In this document: in pieces, positions 47,399 through 57,117 of the stretch | How positions within the stretch are numbered: the stretch's first letter is position 1 | Layout of the letters: each line of letters opens with the position of its first letter | Source: a virus | Lineage: Duplodnaviria > Caudoviricetes | Strand: one strand, 5' to 3' | Length of the DNA: 63,956 nt | Virus record (IMG/VR): IMGVR_UViG_3300010397_000008 | Coordinates: 1 to 63,956 of that record | Program-made: the position numbers and the translations under genes | Notes under the pieces: generated by a model | What the model was told of the DNA's origin: nothing | Databases searched by the model: none | What the model saw: only the letters and a program-made list of their open reading frames with translations

Positions 47399-47583
47399 GG
47401 CCGCACTCGGCCCCGTGCTCTGTCGATCAGCTTGAAATAAGCGTCGCGGGTCGCCCAACGGATTTTCCACAGATAATTTCGGCACGCCCGGCAGGTTCTG
47501 TCCCGATGACCCCTGCCATCGACGCTGAACTGGAAGAGAACTTTATCCTCCCCACACCGGACGCACTTGGCTGTTTCAGACAC
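47395..47583 (-). CDS. Small Zn-finger protein
   Basis: C..C...K....F...........C..C. Confidence 0.55.
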   Translation of the reverse strand: MSETAKCVRCGEDKVLFQFSVDGRGHRDRTCRACRNYLWKIRWATRDAYFKLIDRARGRVRP

Positions 47584-48157
47584 GGCCTACCGCAACCTCG
47601 GCGAGACGGTCCATTGCGAAGGCAATCACCCGTTCCTCGTGGTAGCGAATGTTCGCCGGGCGGCGCTTGAAGAACAGAAACCGCGCGGATTGGCAAACAG
47701 CCGGCAGCACCCCGCTTTTTACAGCAAGGGTGCCGGCATGTGCGCGCCACATACATGAGCGTGCAATTCCCGGCGCGATCCCACGAGAAGACCTCAAAAA
47801 ATAAGCAACCGCCTCCCCCTCGGGCAGCGCCACAGTGAACACCGCGTCGGTTCCACTCCACGCCGACGAGCGGTCATCCTCGCGGCCGGTGTAGACATTG
47901 AACACGACATCGCCGGACGCCATCGCGTCGCGCAGCGCGGCTTCGGCCGGTGCGGCGGGGTCGTCGAGAATGCGCCTCGATGCGCGGCGCTTCTTGCCTT
48001 GTATCCGCACCGCATCGAACATCAGTATTCGCATTGGGACAGGCGACACACGGTAGTCGAGGGTCAGCCGCTCATCGCCGAGTTTTTCGGACCATGCCGC
48101 GGCGGCGCGCGCCTCGTCAGGCGTGATCGGTCGGTAGAGGATCAGGCGGCGGATCAT
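47576..48157 (-). CDS. Hypothetical protein
   Basis: ATGA-coupled ORF. Confidence 0.55.
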   Translation of the reverse strand: MIRRLILYRPITPDEARAAAAWSEKLGDERLTLDYRVSPVPMRILMFDAVRIQGKKRRASRRILDDPAAPAEAALRDAMASGDVVFNVYTGREDDRSSAWSGTDAVFTVALPEGEAVAYFLRSSRGIAPGIARSCMWRAHAGTLAVKSGVLPAVCQSARFLFFKRRPANIRYHEERVIAFAMDRLAEVAVGRV

Positions 48158-48612
48158 GCCGGAGGGTGCGCGGCGTTGAAAATCGCCTGCAACACCGGAT
48201 GCGTGCGGTAGATTTGGACCATCGCTGACGGTAAGAATGCGCGGCGCGTGATATTGACAAGCTCGTCCCAAATTGGCGCTGGCTCGGGGAACGCGCGCGC
48301 AACATCGGGCCGCTCGCTGATCTTGACGCTCTCATAACCCCGCTCCGGCGACCATACCGCGGCCACGCCTTCCTGCATGGGAATGGCGATCAGCACGCAA
48401 ATCTGCTTGCCGTTCCAGAGTGGCGACGGCGCGGGCACCTTATCCTTGCCGACGTTCATCGCCATCATGTGCTGAATTTTGAGCACCTTGGCAGCGGCAT
48501 CGAAACTGGCGGCGCGCTCATCTAGCCATTGCTGATACCGAGCACGCTCAGCCGCAGACGGCCGGCGACGCTGCCGGTCAGCCCAAGACTCATGATCGTG
48601 TTTGCGCTTCAC
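48154..48612 (-). CDS. Hypothetical protein whose C-terminus resembles the MCP N-terminus
   Basis: ITRRAFLPSAMVQIYRTHPVL versus MCP ITRRAVIPSVFVQIYQSHPLL. Confidence 0.7.
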   Translation of the reverse strand: MKRKHDHESWADRQRRRPSAAERARYQQWLDERAASFDAAAKVLKIQHMMAMNVGKDKVPAPSPLWNGKQICVLIAIPMQEGVAAVWSPERGYESVKISERPDVARAFPEPAPIWDELVNITRRAFLPSAMVQIYRTHPVLQAIFNAAHPPA

Positions 48613-49463
48613 CCGAACATGCTCCCGAACGGTCGGCGACGGCCGGCGAGGATCGCCGACAGCGCGTCAGCATAGCCCTGTCGCAAGTTGGGGGCCTGGA
48701 TCGGCGCGATCGGGGCGAGTTGCAGCGGCGGCGACGGCGCGGCGACCGCGGGCGCGGCGGCGGCCGGTGCCACCTGTATCGGGACACCGGGGGCCTCGGC
48801 CGCCGTCAGCGCGCGCCGCAACCCGCTCGGTGCGGCGACCGCCGGTGCGGGTGCGTCATCACCACCCGGCACCAGCGGTCCCATCCCGCCGAATCGGCCG
48901 GGCATCCTGCGTCCTGCTGCTTGACCTGCACCGCCCGCACTTTGCTGGCCCGCCTGCACCCCGCCAGCCGAGCGCTCGAAATACTTGTCCCACAGCTTCG
49001 CCGCCGTCGCGCGGTCGGGGGCCGCGAGGATTTCTGCCCAATGCTTCGTCGCGATTGGATCGCCGCCCGTGACCTCGCTGTAAGCGTGCTGGTGCTGAAC
49101 AAGCGGGTTCTGCCAGTTCGGGCGCTGCATGAGCGCGGCCTTGCGATCGGCGTGGTGCTGGTAGAGGCCGATGCTGGTGCCCTTGTCGCCGGGCACGGTC
49201 GGATTGAACCCGCTCTCCGCTTGCACCCGGTCGGCAATGCCCTCCGCGACGTGAGGCGGGGCACCCTTGCTCGTCCAGAACGCGACGGTTTGGGCGCGCG
49301 GGTCCGGTGCGACCGTCGCAACGGCCTTGGCAAGAGGGGACGACGACGCGAAGCGTGCGCCCGATGGGTCCGCTTGTTCCTGCGCGTCAACAGCAAGCCG
49401 CCATGCGCGCGGGCTGCTGTAGACTTTGCCGTCAACGGTGATCGGCGCGCCCGGTTCGGCCAT
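48609..49463 (-). CDS. Phage tail lysozyme-like (Phage_lysozyme2) muramidase with a Pro/Ala-rich tail
   Basis: GI.....AESGFNP...GD.GTSIGLYQ....R...L...YFER motif. Confidence 0.8.
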   Translation of the reverse strand: MAEPGAPITVDGKVYSSPRAWRLAVDAQEQADPSGARFASSSPLAKAVATVAPDPRAQTVAFWTSKGAPPHVAEGIADRVQAESGFNPTVPGDKGTSIGLYQHHADRKAALMQRPNWQNPLVQHQHAYSEVTGGDPIATKHWAEILAAPDRATAAKLWDKYFERSAGGVQAGQQSAGGAGQAAGRRMPGRFGGMGPLVPGGDDAPAPAVAAPSGLRRALTAAEAPGVPIQVAPAAAAPAVAAPSPPLQLAPIAPIQAPNLRQGYADALSAILAGRRRPFGSMFG

Positions 49464-51371
49464 TTACATCAACCCCCGTTCCTGCCGCCACGGATCGCCG
49501 GCCCACGCCGGCGGCTCGTCGTCGTCATCCTCGGCCTCACGACGCGAAAAGTACGAGTAAACGAGCCGGTCCATCATGCGCTCCGCGACCGTGTTGCGGC
49601 CAGCCGCTTCGTTCATCACCCGGTCGTAGGTCGCCCCAGCGGCGATCAGCGGCATCCGCAGCCACTCGTTCCACGCCCACACCGCGAGCGCCGCGGCGAA
49701 CGGGCGATCATCCTTGAGGCTGCCCGGCGCGGCTGGAGCAAGGTCGGGCTTTTCCTGAACCATGTCGTTCATTTCTTCCAGCATGGGCATGCTGTTCACA
49801 ATCAGCGTGTCGGTCTGATAGGCGTTGCGGAACCCCTCGAACAAGGCAACCTTGTTGGAAGCTGACGTTTTGAAGTTGTACACGAATCCCGCGCCCAGGC
49901 TGTCAACGCGCCGATAGAGGAACCACCGCGCCGTGGACATAAAGTCGTCGTCCCAGGCGTTGTCGCGGTTCTGCGTCGCGTACATCTCCTGGCGAAGTTG
50001 CGCGCGGATCGCGTCAAATTCGTTCATCACTACGGCGCCGCCGCCCCACAACTCCAAGTTCACCATGCAATTCCGGTAGGCACCGGCAAGCCCGGCCAGC
50101 ACCCACGCGCACTGGTTGGACTGGAAGCGGTTGCCGGCGTACTCGGCAACCTGAACCATCTTGTCGGCAAAACAACGCCACACGCTGATGCAAAAATTGT
50201 TGGTTTTCTCGCCCTGCCCGCCGGCCGGGTCGGCACCGATCACGTACTGCGCCTCGATGATCGGGTCTTCCCAAATCTTCAACTCGATCTGGTCGCGGTA
50301 GGCCGGGTCGGTGATTCGCTCAAGCCGCATCGCCCAAAAGCTGTTTCCCATCTCGAAGCGATACGCTTTGAACTTGATGTCCTGCTCGACGATCTCGCGG
50401 TAGCGGTTCTGCAAGAGGCGGGTCTGAAAGAACGAATAGCCCGACAGTACGAACGCCTGCCGTGCGGTCCACGGCTGATTCTGTTCCTGCGATTGCTGGT
50501 CGCTCAGCGACAGCCGCCAGCGCCACCACGCCAGTTGCTCCATCGTGACGACGTGGCCGTATTCCTCCAAGACCTCGTTGCAAAGCTGGTGTTCCTCGCC
50601 GTTGGGCGGGGTCAGCCCAAACCGGCGATAGTTCGGGGAATTGCGCGGGAGGTAGTTCATCTCCGACGCCCACCATCCGAGGAAGATGCGGTTGATCGAC
50701 AACTCGTCCTCGGCCGATTCCCACATGTCGTGCCAGGCGTTCGCGACACCTTTTGCCGTACTTTCAAACAAGAACAAGCGATCTTCGTTGGATTGCGCCA
50801 GAGCCTCCATGAAGCTCTTGATGCCCTTGTCGCTGCCGTAGCTGGCGACCTCCGTGCACAGGCACGCGCTATAGCCGCGCGACTCACCCCAATTCTCCTT
50901 GCGCTTCCCGGCGACGAGGTAGTCGATGCGCGAGCCGTTGCTGAACAGGAAATGCCGCTCGTTGTGGCGTTGCTTGACGAAGCTCGATCCGAAGAAATTG
51001 GGCGGAAACGACTTCATGTAGCGGTCGAGCGTGTCCCGGAAGGCGTTGCGGACTTCCTCGTCGTTACACACCAGCGCGGCGATCGTGCGCGGATGCACCG
51101 CGACCCAGAACAGCAAGAGCGCGGTGGTGATTGTAGAAATGCCCAATTGGCGAGACTTAAGTACGTAAATCATGCGCTGGTTCTTGAGGAACCCGTCGCC
51201 GACCTGTTCGAGAAACATGCGCTGCGAGCGCCACATATCGAGCGGGCTGCCGCGGTCGTCCTCGGCCTGGACCTCCTTCGAGTCGATGCGCAGCTTGTCG
51301 ATGAACTTGATGAACAGCGACAGCCACGGCTGCCGGCGCGCGAGGGTCGAGAGGCGGTCAGGTGGCGGCAT
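49464..51371 (-). CDS. terL: Terminase large subunit
   Basis: LKSRQLGIST Walker A; TEVA Walker B; FESTAKG; YVIGADPA.G nuclease; DDRPFA. Confidence 0.95.
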   Translation of the reverse strand: MPPPDRLSTLARRQPWLSLFIKFIDKLRIDSKEVQAEDDRGSPLDMWRSQRMFLEQVGDGFLKNQRMIYVLKSRQLGISTITTALLLFWVAVHPRTIAALVCNDEEVRNAFRDTLDRYMKSFPPNFFGSSFVKQRHNERHFLFSNGSRIDYLVAGKRKENWGESRGYSACLCTEVASYGSDKGIKSFMEALAQSNEDRLFLFESTAKGVANAWHDMWESAEDELSINRIFLGWWASEMNYLPRNSPNYRRFGLTPPNGEEHQLCNEVLEEYGHVVTMEQLAWWRWRLSLSDQQSQEQNQPWTARQAFVLSGYSFFQTRLLQNRYREIVEQDIKFKAYRFEMGNSFWAMRLERITDPAYRDQIELKIWEDPIIEAQYVIGADPAGGQGEKTNNFCISVWRCFADKMVQVAEYAGNRFQSNQCAWVLAGLAGAYRNCMVNLELWGGGAVVMNEFDAIRAQLRQEMYATQNRDNAWDDDFMSTARWFLYRRVDSLGAGFVYNFKTSASNKVALFEGFRNAYQTDTLIVNSMPMLEEMNDMVQEKPDLAPAAPGSLKDDRPFAAALAVWAWNEWLRMPLIAAGATYDRVMNEAAGRNTVAERMMDRLVYSYFSRREAEDDDDEPPAWAGDPWRQERGLM

Positions 51372-51383
51372 AGGACTCGTTCA

Positions 51384-51614
51384 TTATGGGCGAACCCCGA
51401 TAACGCGCAGCCGGTGGGCCGACATCAAGATCGCCTTTGCTGCCGTGATTTCCGCCCGCCGCCGCGCCCTCGCTCGATTGCGCCGACGCTGCGCGTTTCG
51501 CGTGCCCTTCCATCGCTTATAGTACGCCTTCTTGTACTCGTTCCGGCACACCTTGCAATGGCCGCTCGCATCGCGGCCGGCGTCGTGTCCCCGCAGGCAG
51601 GGGGTCGTCATCAC
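51384..51614 (-). CDS. Small Cys/His basic protein
   Basis: C.RGH.......C..C. Confidence 0.55.
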   Translation of the reverse strand: MMTTPCLRGHDAGRDASGHCKVCRNEYKKAYYKRWKGTRNAQRRRNRARARRRAEITAAKAILMSAHRLRVIGVRP

Positions 51615-52252
51615 GATACCGCGAAGATGTTGACCATCCCGAACGCACCCTGCGCCGGATGCGGCTGATCGCGGTCAAACGAATAATCCGCCAGCATCGC
51701 CACGGCGCGATCGAGTTTCGCGATCTCGCGCTCCATCAGGGCGATGTTGGCCTGTTGCGCGGCGATTCGCTGGTCGAGCAGCGCCGCGATGCGGTTGCCC
51801 CCGGTCTTGCCCTTTTTGACCTTGAACCGCCCGCGCAGCTTTTCCGATTGCGCCAGGTGGCCGGCGACCTCGTGCTTGCGCTGGGACATGCCGGATTTCG
51901 CCTCGACTGCGGTGCGGGTCATCATACCGAGCAGGTCCATGCTGGTCGGGTCGCGGCCGCTCTGCGCGCATTGTACCATCGCCGCGTCGAGCAACTGGCT
52001 GATCGCCACCAGCGCATCGGCCAGCGCGTTGTCGGGGGCCTCATCGTCGATCACCCCGTCGCGGTCGAACCGGGCGCGCCTCGCCGGGTCGAGCAGCACC
52101 ATGCTCGCGCGCTTCGTCCGCTGGAACGCCACCGGATCGCCACCGTGGTCGGGGTGCGTCGCCTTGGCGCGGGCGCGGTACGCGCGGCGCACGGCCGCGG
52201 TGTCGGCGCCGGGCGCAATCCCGAGTTCGGCGTAGGGGTCAAGTTGGGGCAA
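51611..52252 (-). CDS. J-domain (DnaJ-like) protein with coiled coil
   Basis: DPYAELG...VRRAYR..AK.THPD.GG...F......L.DP..RARFD. Confidence 0.9.
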   Translation of the reverse strand: MPQLDPYAELGIAPGADTAAVRRAYRARAKATHPDHGGDPVAFQRTKRASMVLLDPARRARFDRDGVIDDEAPDNALADALVAISQLLDAAMVQCAQSGRDPTSMDLLGMMTRTAVEAKSGMSQRKHEVAGHLAQSEKLRGRFKVKKGKTGGNRIAALLDQRIAAQQANIALMEREIAKLDRAVAMLADYSFDRDQPHPAQGAFGMVNIFAVS

Positions 52253-52436
52253 TCGGGCCGTCCATCAGGTCGCCGTATCCGCAGTCGCAATCGTCGCAGC
52301 GCGGATCGGCTTCGGTCATCGTCATCCGGCGCACGCTGCCATCTTTGCAGAACCACCACACGGCTTCGGGCGGGTCACCGCCGGCAGTCTGCGTTGCACG
52401 CTGAAGGAGCCGCGACATTTCGTCGCGCGCCATCAC
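52239..52436 (-). CDS. Hypothetical protein
   Basis: Coupled ORF. Confidence 0.45.
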   Translation of the reverse strand: MMARDEMSRLLQRATQTAGGDPPEAVWWFCKDGSVRRMTMTEADPRCDDCDCGYGDLMDGPIAPT

Positions 52437-52639
52437 TGCACCTTCCCCGAAAACAAGTCAGCCGGCAGCAGCGCCCACGACCTGCCCGGCGGAAGCGTGA
52501 CCTTCACCAGCCGCGATCCATCCCCCATCCGCTCAAGCGTACAATTCTCGCTGAGTTGAATCGGCAACGGGGGATTGTGCTCATCCCCAGGCAATACTCG
52601 GATTTCGGCGTCTTCGTAGAGCAGAGGGATCGTAATCAC
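52433..52639 (-). CDS. Hypothetical protein
   Basis: GTGA-coupled; start reassigned to VITIPLLY. Confidence 0.5.
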   Translation of the reverse strand: MITIPLLYEDAEIRVLPGDEHNPPLPIQLSENCTLERMGDGSRLVKVTLPPGRSWALLPADLFSGKVQ

Positions 52640-52959
52640 TGCACCCGCCCCACACCCTCGGGGATCAGCACCCCGCCCGGCGTCCGCATCCGCGCCTCGA
52701 CGTGCCGGTTCAGCACGCCCGGCAGGTTGTGCCGAATCTCCCCAAGGATGCTGTTGCGCAACTGCTCGGGCTCGACCAGCGCCAGCAGCTTCCCGATGTG
52801 CTCGCACAACACGTTCATCACGTCGGTCGCCGGCACCGGGATCGTCAGCATCAGCGCGACGTGCGCGGTGAGGCCGGCGTTCAACAGGCCCAACGCCACG
52901 GTGGCGGGGTCGATCGTCGGCGCAGAGCCGCGCGCGGGCTGGTTATTGTTCTCGGCCAT
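52636..52959 (-). CDS. Hypothetical protein, first gene of the terminase operon
   Basis: SD GGAGG preceded by the variant box GTCCTGCCGAT. Confidence 0.6.
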   Translation of the reverse strand: MAENNNQPARGSAPTIDPATVALGLLNAGLTAHVALMLTIPVPATDVMNVLCEHIGKLLALVEPEQLRNSILGEIRHNLPGVLNRHVEARMRTPGGVLIPEGVGRVQ

Positions 52960-52971
52960 CAGGCATCCTCC

Positions 52972-53100
52972 ATCGGCAGGACGTGCATCCTATGGCACGA
53001 AGCCGCCTTGCCGCAAGCCGGAAACGAAACACCCCCGCGCTTGGGGCTACGGGGGTGATCGCGCAATCCTTGTTGACGCCGGCGCGGCATTCGCTAGGAT
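52972..53100. promoter_or_regulatory. Divergent promoters with operator CGTGC-N8-GCACG (52982-52999)
   Basis: Leftward TTGCGG-N18-TAGGAT; rightward TTGACG(53073)-N16-TAGGAT; hairpin at 53032-53057 between them. Confidence 0.6.
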
Positions 53101-53162
53101 CACTTCTCGACGGTGTGACGAGCACCGGAGCCTGCCTTACATGGAGGCATTGCGTGAAAACT

Positions 53163-54277
53163 ATGTCACCCAATACGGAATTGCAAGCGGACGATCCAAC
53201 CGTCCTCGCGGTGGCGCGCGCAATGTGCGGCAACCGCACCCCTTGCACGTACCATGTGCGGCTGGCGCGCATCGCAATCCCCGCTTACGAGGCCGCGGCC
53301 AACATCGTTCTCTCGCACGAGGGAACCGTCCGATGAGCGGCCCCCGCGTTGATGGCAAGGGCAGCGCCGCGTGCTCGCACATCCCCGAGGCGCACGTCGT
53401 CTACGAGGCACCGACCGGCCGCTATCGTGCCGTGCTGACCTGCGCATGCCGCAAGGTATCGGTCGATTCGCCAAAGACGCGCCCCACGCTCGTTGCCGCC
53501 AACGCCGATGCGCGGGCGCTGACCGTCCTGGCCCGAGGAATTACCGCATGACGCGGCCCGCATCGATCGTGACCCATGCGTGGGGCCTCGTCTTCCCGGC
53601 CGATGGCACCGAGCGTCCCCCGGTGCTCGGCACCCTGCACAAAACCGCCTTCGCCGGCCCTGACCAACTCGGCGGGTATCAGGTTCTCGCGTTCAAGACC
53701 CGCGAGGCCGCGCGCTCGTTCGTCCACCGCTATTACGCCGGCCGCACCGATATCCGGGTGCCCGAGGTCGTGCGGCTGCGGATCACGGTCGAGGGTGGCG
53801 AGGAATGAGCGACCTGCCTATGATGGTCGTTTTCGACGCACCACCCGAACTGAACCACGCCTTCCTCGAAAACGGCTTCCTGCCTCACGGGCGGCAAGCC
53901 GGCGCATGGCATATCCGCATCGACCCCGACAGCACCGAAGCCCGCGACCTCGCTTACGAACTGAAGGGCGTGGGGCTGACCGCGAAATGGTGGACGCCGC
54001 AATGAGCGACCGGGCGCAGGAGGAAGCCGCGATGGCCGAGTGGCTTGCGGCCAACAAGCCTAAGCGCTTACCCAAGCGCAGCGCCTCCGCACCCCCTATC
54101 CTCGCTATCCGTGCCGCCCTCAGTCGCGGGCGCGATATCGAGTTCAAGCGCGGCAAACGCCGCACCGTCATCTTCAAATCAGCCTCCGTAGGCGCCGAAA
54201 AGATTGTCCACGATGAGGGCATGAACCGGCGCCGCCGCCACAAAGCGGCCGGCAAGAGAAACAACCGCCAGCGATAG
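53163..54277 (+). other. Cluster of five short coupled hypothetical ORFs (53163-53336, 53333-53551, 53548-53808, 53805-54005, 54002-54277)
   Basis: Chain of ATGA overlaps. Confidence 0.6.
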
Positions 54278-54315
54278 GGCCCCGAGAAGGCTCCCCGTCG
54301 TGAGACGCGGGGCCG
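54278..54315. terminator. GC-rich hairpin after the small-ORF cluster
   Basis: ggccccg...cggggcc stem; no clear U-tract. Confidence 0.35.
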
Positions 54316-55080
54316 CACGCCAGGCTTGATCGCGACGATGTAAGTCCCCCTCATAGTCCGAATTATGTCCGCAATCTGGACACGTCTTCCCACGATACGG
54401 GAGGGTGCGCCGCAGCCTCACCACCTGCGGCCGGTGGATGGGCGATGGGATGCAGGGGGCGATGGTGTGCCCGAAGGGCATGCTTCCGAAGGCAAGGACG
54501 GATGAACGCCCTACCGCTTCCGTCGCCGCTCACGCGGCGCCGCATCCGAGAGACGATGACATCAACGACAGGCTCTCAATCAGCCAGCAACGCAATCGGT
54601 CATCGACAAGCGCGCGCTGAGCCGCCGCAGCAAAACCTTCACCATCACCAGACGCGAAAAAAAGAGCGGGGGTAGACCGGAAAAACGCCAGAAACTAAAA
54701 AAAAGTTTCGAAGCGGGGCGCTCCAACGCCCCCGATCCACCGTCCCGATGCCGAATCAAAACCTTCGATCCCGCAGCGGGACCGCCTGGGGCGCTCCGTC
54801 CCACCAGGGGACACCGTCCCGTATGGTGCGCTGCAACAGCCTGTTCCGCTGTTCTATTTTCCATAATACACGTTGCGCGACGTTCACGCTTCTTCCCAAA
54901 GCACGCAATATCAGATGGTTATGTCCTATCGGGACGACATCGCAAGCTCATACCGCGACGCAGCATCAATATCTTGTGTCGAGCCTGTCGAAGCATGCTG
55001 CGCTGCAACGCCGGGAAGCACGCGCTTCCATGCGCTTCGATGGATGCCGCGCGCGAGGCTTTCGGGACAGTTTCGGGACG

Positions 55081-55560
55081 CTATCGGGACCGCTTGTCCA
55101 ACAACGAGCGCGAGGGCGTTTCGCCGATCATCCCTGGTACAGACTGCGCAGCCGGGCGCACGACGCCAGCCGTGGCGTAATCCTGAGCAATGAGCGCTGT
55201 CCGGTAATCGAGTTGGGCGGCATGGGCTCTCGCGGCCAGGTCTCGCATCTCCGACGCGGTGCGAGCGCGAACGTCGGTTTTCCCGTCGTCGAAATGGTCG
55301 GGCTTTCGCCGGACCATGAACCGGCGCAGTTGCTCGGGAATTTGCCGCTCGATCGGGATTACCGTTGGTAAGACCTGATTGAGTGCCCAGCGGACAAAAT
55401 CGGAGCGGCAGTAGCCTTTTGCGGCGGCCGCAGCGTCGATCATCGCCATCTCGTCGGCGTTGACGCGGCAATTGAGGATAGGACGGGGATCGTGTTTTTT
55501 TGGCTTTGACGCCAGCAATTCCGCTACCTTTGCGGCGAGCGCGTCGAGGTCTGTTGCCAT
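55081..55560 (-). CDS. Ribbon-helix-helix (CopG/MobC-like) DNA-binding protein
   Basis: ILNCRVNADEMAMIDAAA...G..RSDFVR.AL. Confidence 0.7.
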   Translation of the reverse strand: MATDLDALAAKVAELLASKPKKHDPRPILNCRVNADEMAMIDAAAAAKGYCRSDFVRWALNQVLPTVIPIERQIPEQLRRFMVRRKPDHFDDGKTDVRARTASEMRDLAARAHAAQLDYRTALIAQDYATAGVVRPAAQSVPGMIGETPSRSLLDKRSR

Positions 55561-55609
55561 AGGGACACGGTTTTAGCGGATAACGGGACAAAATGCGAGC
55601 GGCGGTAAA

Positions 55610-55680
55610 CGTACGCTTGACGGCACGCGCATATCAACGAGATTAGCGTTCCTACCGATACGCAACCTACCGACACGGAG
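55610..55680 (+). promoter_or_regulatory. Promoter with operator variant CGTAC-N8-GCACG and two CCTACCGA(C/T) boxes
   Basis: TTGACG at 55617; boxes at 55651 and 55666 before SD GGAG. Confidence 0.6.
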
Positions 55681-55686
55681 CGAGCG

Positions 55687-55893
55687 ATGTACACAATCGA
55701 GACACGGCGGACTTACGGCTCGGGCTGGCTACAACTTGGTCAGCGGAGATCGCGCGAGGATGCGCAATGGCTGGCAATCGACATTTCCCGCGAGCTTGAT
55801 CGGACAACCCGCGTTGTCCGCTACGGTAAACGATTTGAGCTTATCTCCGAGCATGACGCACTTGGCGGTAGCATCCCGAAGCGGGAGGGCTAA
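55687..55893 (+). CDS. Hypothetical early protein
   Basis: SD GGAG; first gene after the promoter. Confidence 0.55.
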   Translation: MYTIETRRTYGSGWLQLGQRRSREDAQWLAIDISRELDRTTRVVRYGKRFELISEHDALGGSIPKREG

Positions 55894-55896
55894 ACC

Positions 55897-57117
55897 ATGC
55901 GAGTTTCCTCCTACGATGCGGCTGCGCTTGAGGCGCAGATTGGCGCGCGCGGCGCCGCTGCGGTGAACAGCGGCAATCGCGCGCTGGTGCAAAACTGGCT
56001 CGTTGCCAATGGCGTCCCGAGCGTGCGCGCGAAGGCCATGAAGGTCACGACGCTTTGGAAATGCTACAACAAGCCGCGGTATCTCTCGGCAGTGCTGGCC
56101 TATGTCGAATCGCATGGCGCGGCGCCGGATATCGACACGCGGATTGACGACATGCCGGCGCCAGTTGATGCGCCGCTGCTCGACGATCCGGCGCCCGCGA
56201 TCACCACACCAGCCTACGCAACAGCGTTGCCGGCAGTCGCGCCCAACGACGCAGGCGCCCAGCTTGCCGCGCTGATAACCTCGCTGGCCGCTGGGGCGAT
56301 CAACGAGGCTCGTGTGATCGAATTGATCGCCGAGCATGCGCCACGGCCGCGGCAACATGAAATCGTCGTCGTCGATACTGTTGGCGAGCGCCGCGCGATC
56401 GGGACGCAGCATCGGCAGTTCGAACAACTGTTGCGGGCATGCGCGGCGCGCGATCATAGCGGCAATCGGCTCAATATCTGGCTTGCGGGTCCGGCCGGGA
56501 GTGGGAAGACGACAGCGGCCGAGAATGTCGCGAAAGCGCTCGGCCTCGCGTTTCACTTCAACGGCGCCATCGACAACGAGTACAAGCTGCTCGGCTTCAC
56601 GGACGCCAACGGCCGCATCGTGTCGCGGCCGTTCCGGGAAGCCTATCAGAATGGTGGCGTGTACCTGTTTGACGAGGTGGATCGCTCGTTGCCGGGCGCC
56701 CTGTTGGCGTTCAATGCGGCGCTCGCGAATGGTGTTTGCGACTTCCCGGACGGGACGATCGCGCGGCATCCCGATTGCGTCATCATCGCGGCCGGCAACA
56801 CTTGGGGCTTGGGCGGCACGACGCAGTATGTCGGCGCCATGAAGCAGGATGCGGCATTCGTTGATCGCTTCGCGTTCCTGCTATGGGAAATCGACGAAGC
56901 GCTAGAAACCGCTGCCTGCCCGAATGCGGAATGGTGCAGCTACGTGCAGCGGGTCCGGGAGCGCGTCGTCGCCAATGGCGTGCAAGGCGTCATGGTGTCG
57001 CCCCGCGCGTCGTTTATCGGCGCCTCGCTGTTGGCGGCAGGGCTCGACCGCGACACGGTTATCGCGATGACGATCCGCAAAGGTATGAGCGCCGAGCAAT
57101 GGGGAGCGGTAGCATGA
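55897..57117 (+). CDS. MoxR/CbbQ(CobS)-type AAA+ ATPase
   Basis: GPAGSGKT; YLFDEVD; AAGNT.G.G....YVG....D.A..DRF; SPRAS. Confidence 0.9.
   Translation: MRVSSYDAAALEAQIGARGAAAVNSGNRALVQNWLVANGVPSVRAKAMKVTTLWKCYNKPRYLSAVLAYVESHGAAPDIDTRIDDMPAPVDAPLLDDPAPAITTPAYATALPAVAPNDAGAQLAALITSLAAGAINEARVIELIAEHAPRPRQHEIVVVDTVGERRAIGTQHRQFEQLLRACAARDHSGNRLNIWLAGPAGSGKTTAAENVAKALGLAFHFNGAIDNEYKLLGFTDANGRIVSRPFREAYQNGGVYLFDEVDRSLPGALLAFNAALANGVCDFPDGTIARHPDCVIIAAGNTWGLGGTTQYVGAMKQDAAFVDRFAFLLWEIDEALETAACPNAEWCSYVQRVRERVVANGVQGVMVSPRASFIGASLLAAGLDRDTVIAMTIRKGMSAEQWGAVA

Noticed and set aside
49998-53551. Long plus-strand ORFs (49998-51668, 51659-53551) and similar antisense ORFs elsewhere (e.g. 45605-47296, 19811-21406)
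   Set aside because: Shadow frames of GC-rich genes on the opposite strand; Arg-rich, with no motifs
54179-54481. Minus-strand ORF with a CPDC motif
   Set aside because: Only one CxxC, no clear RBS, and it overlaps a convergent gene; not supportable
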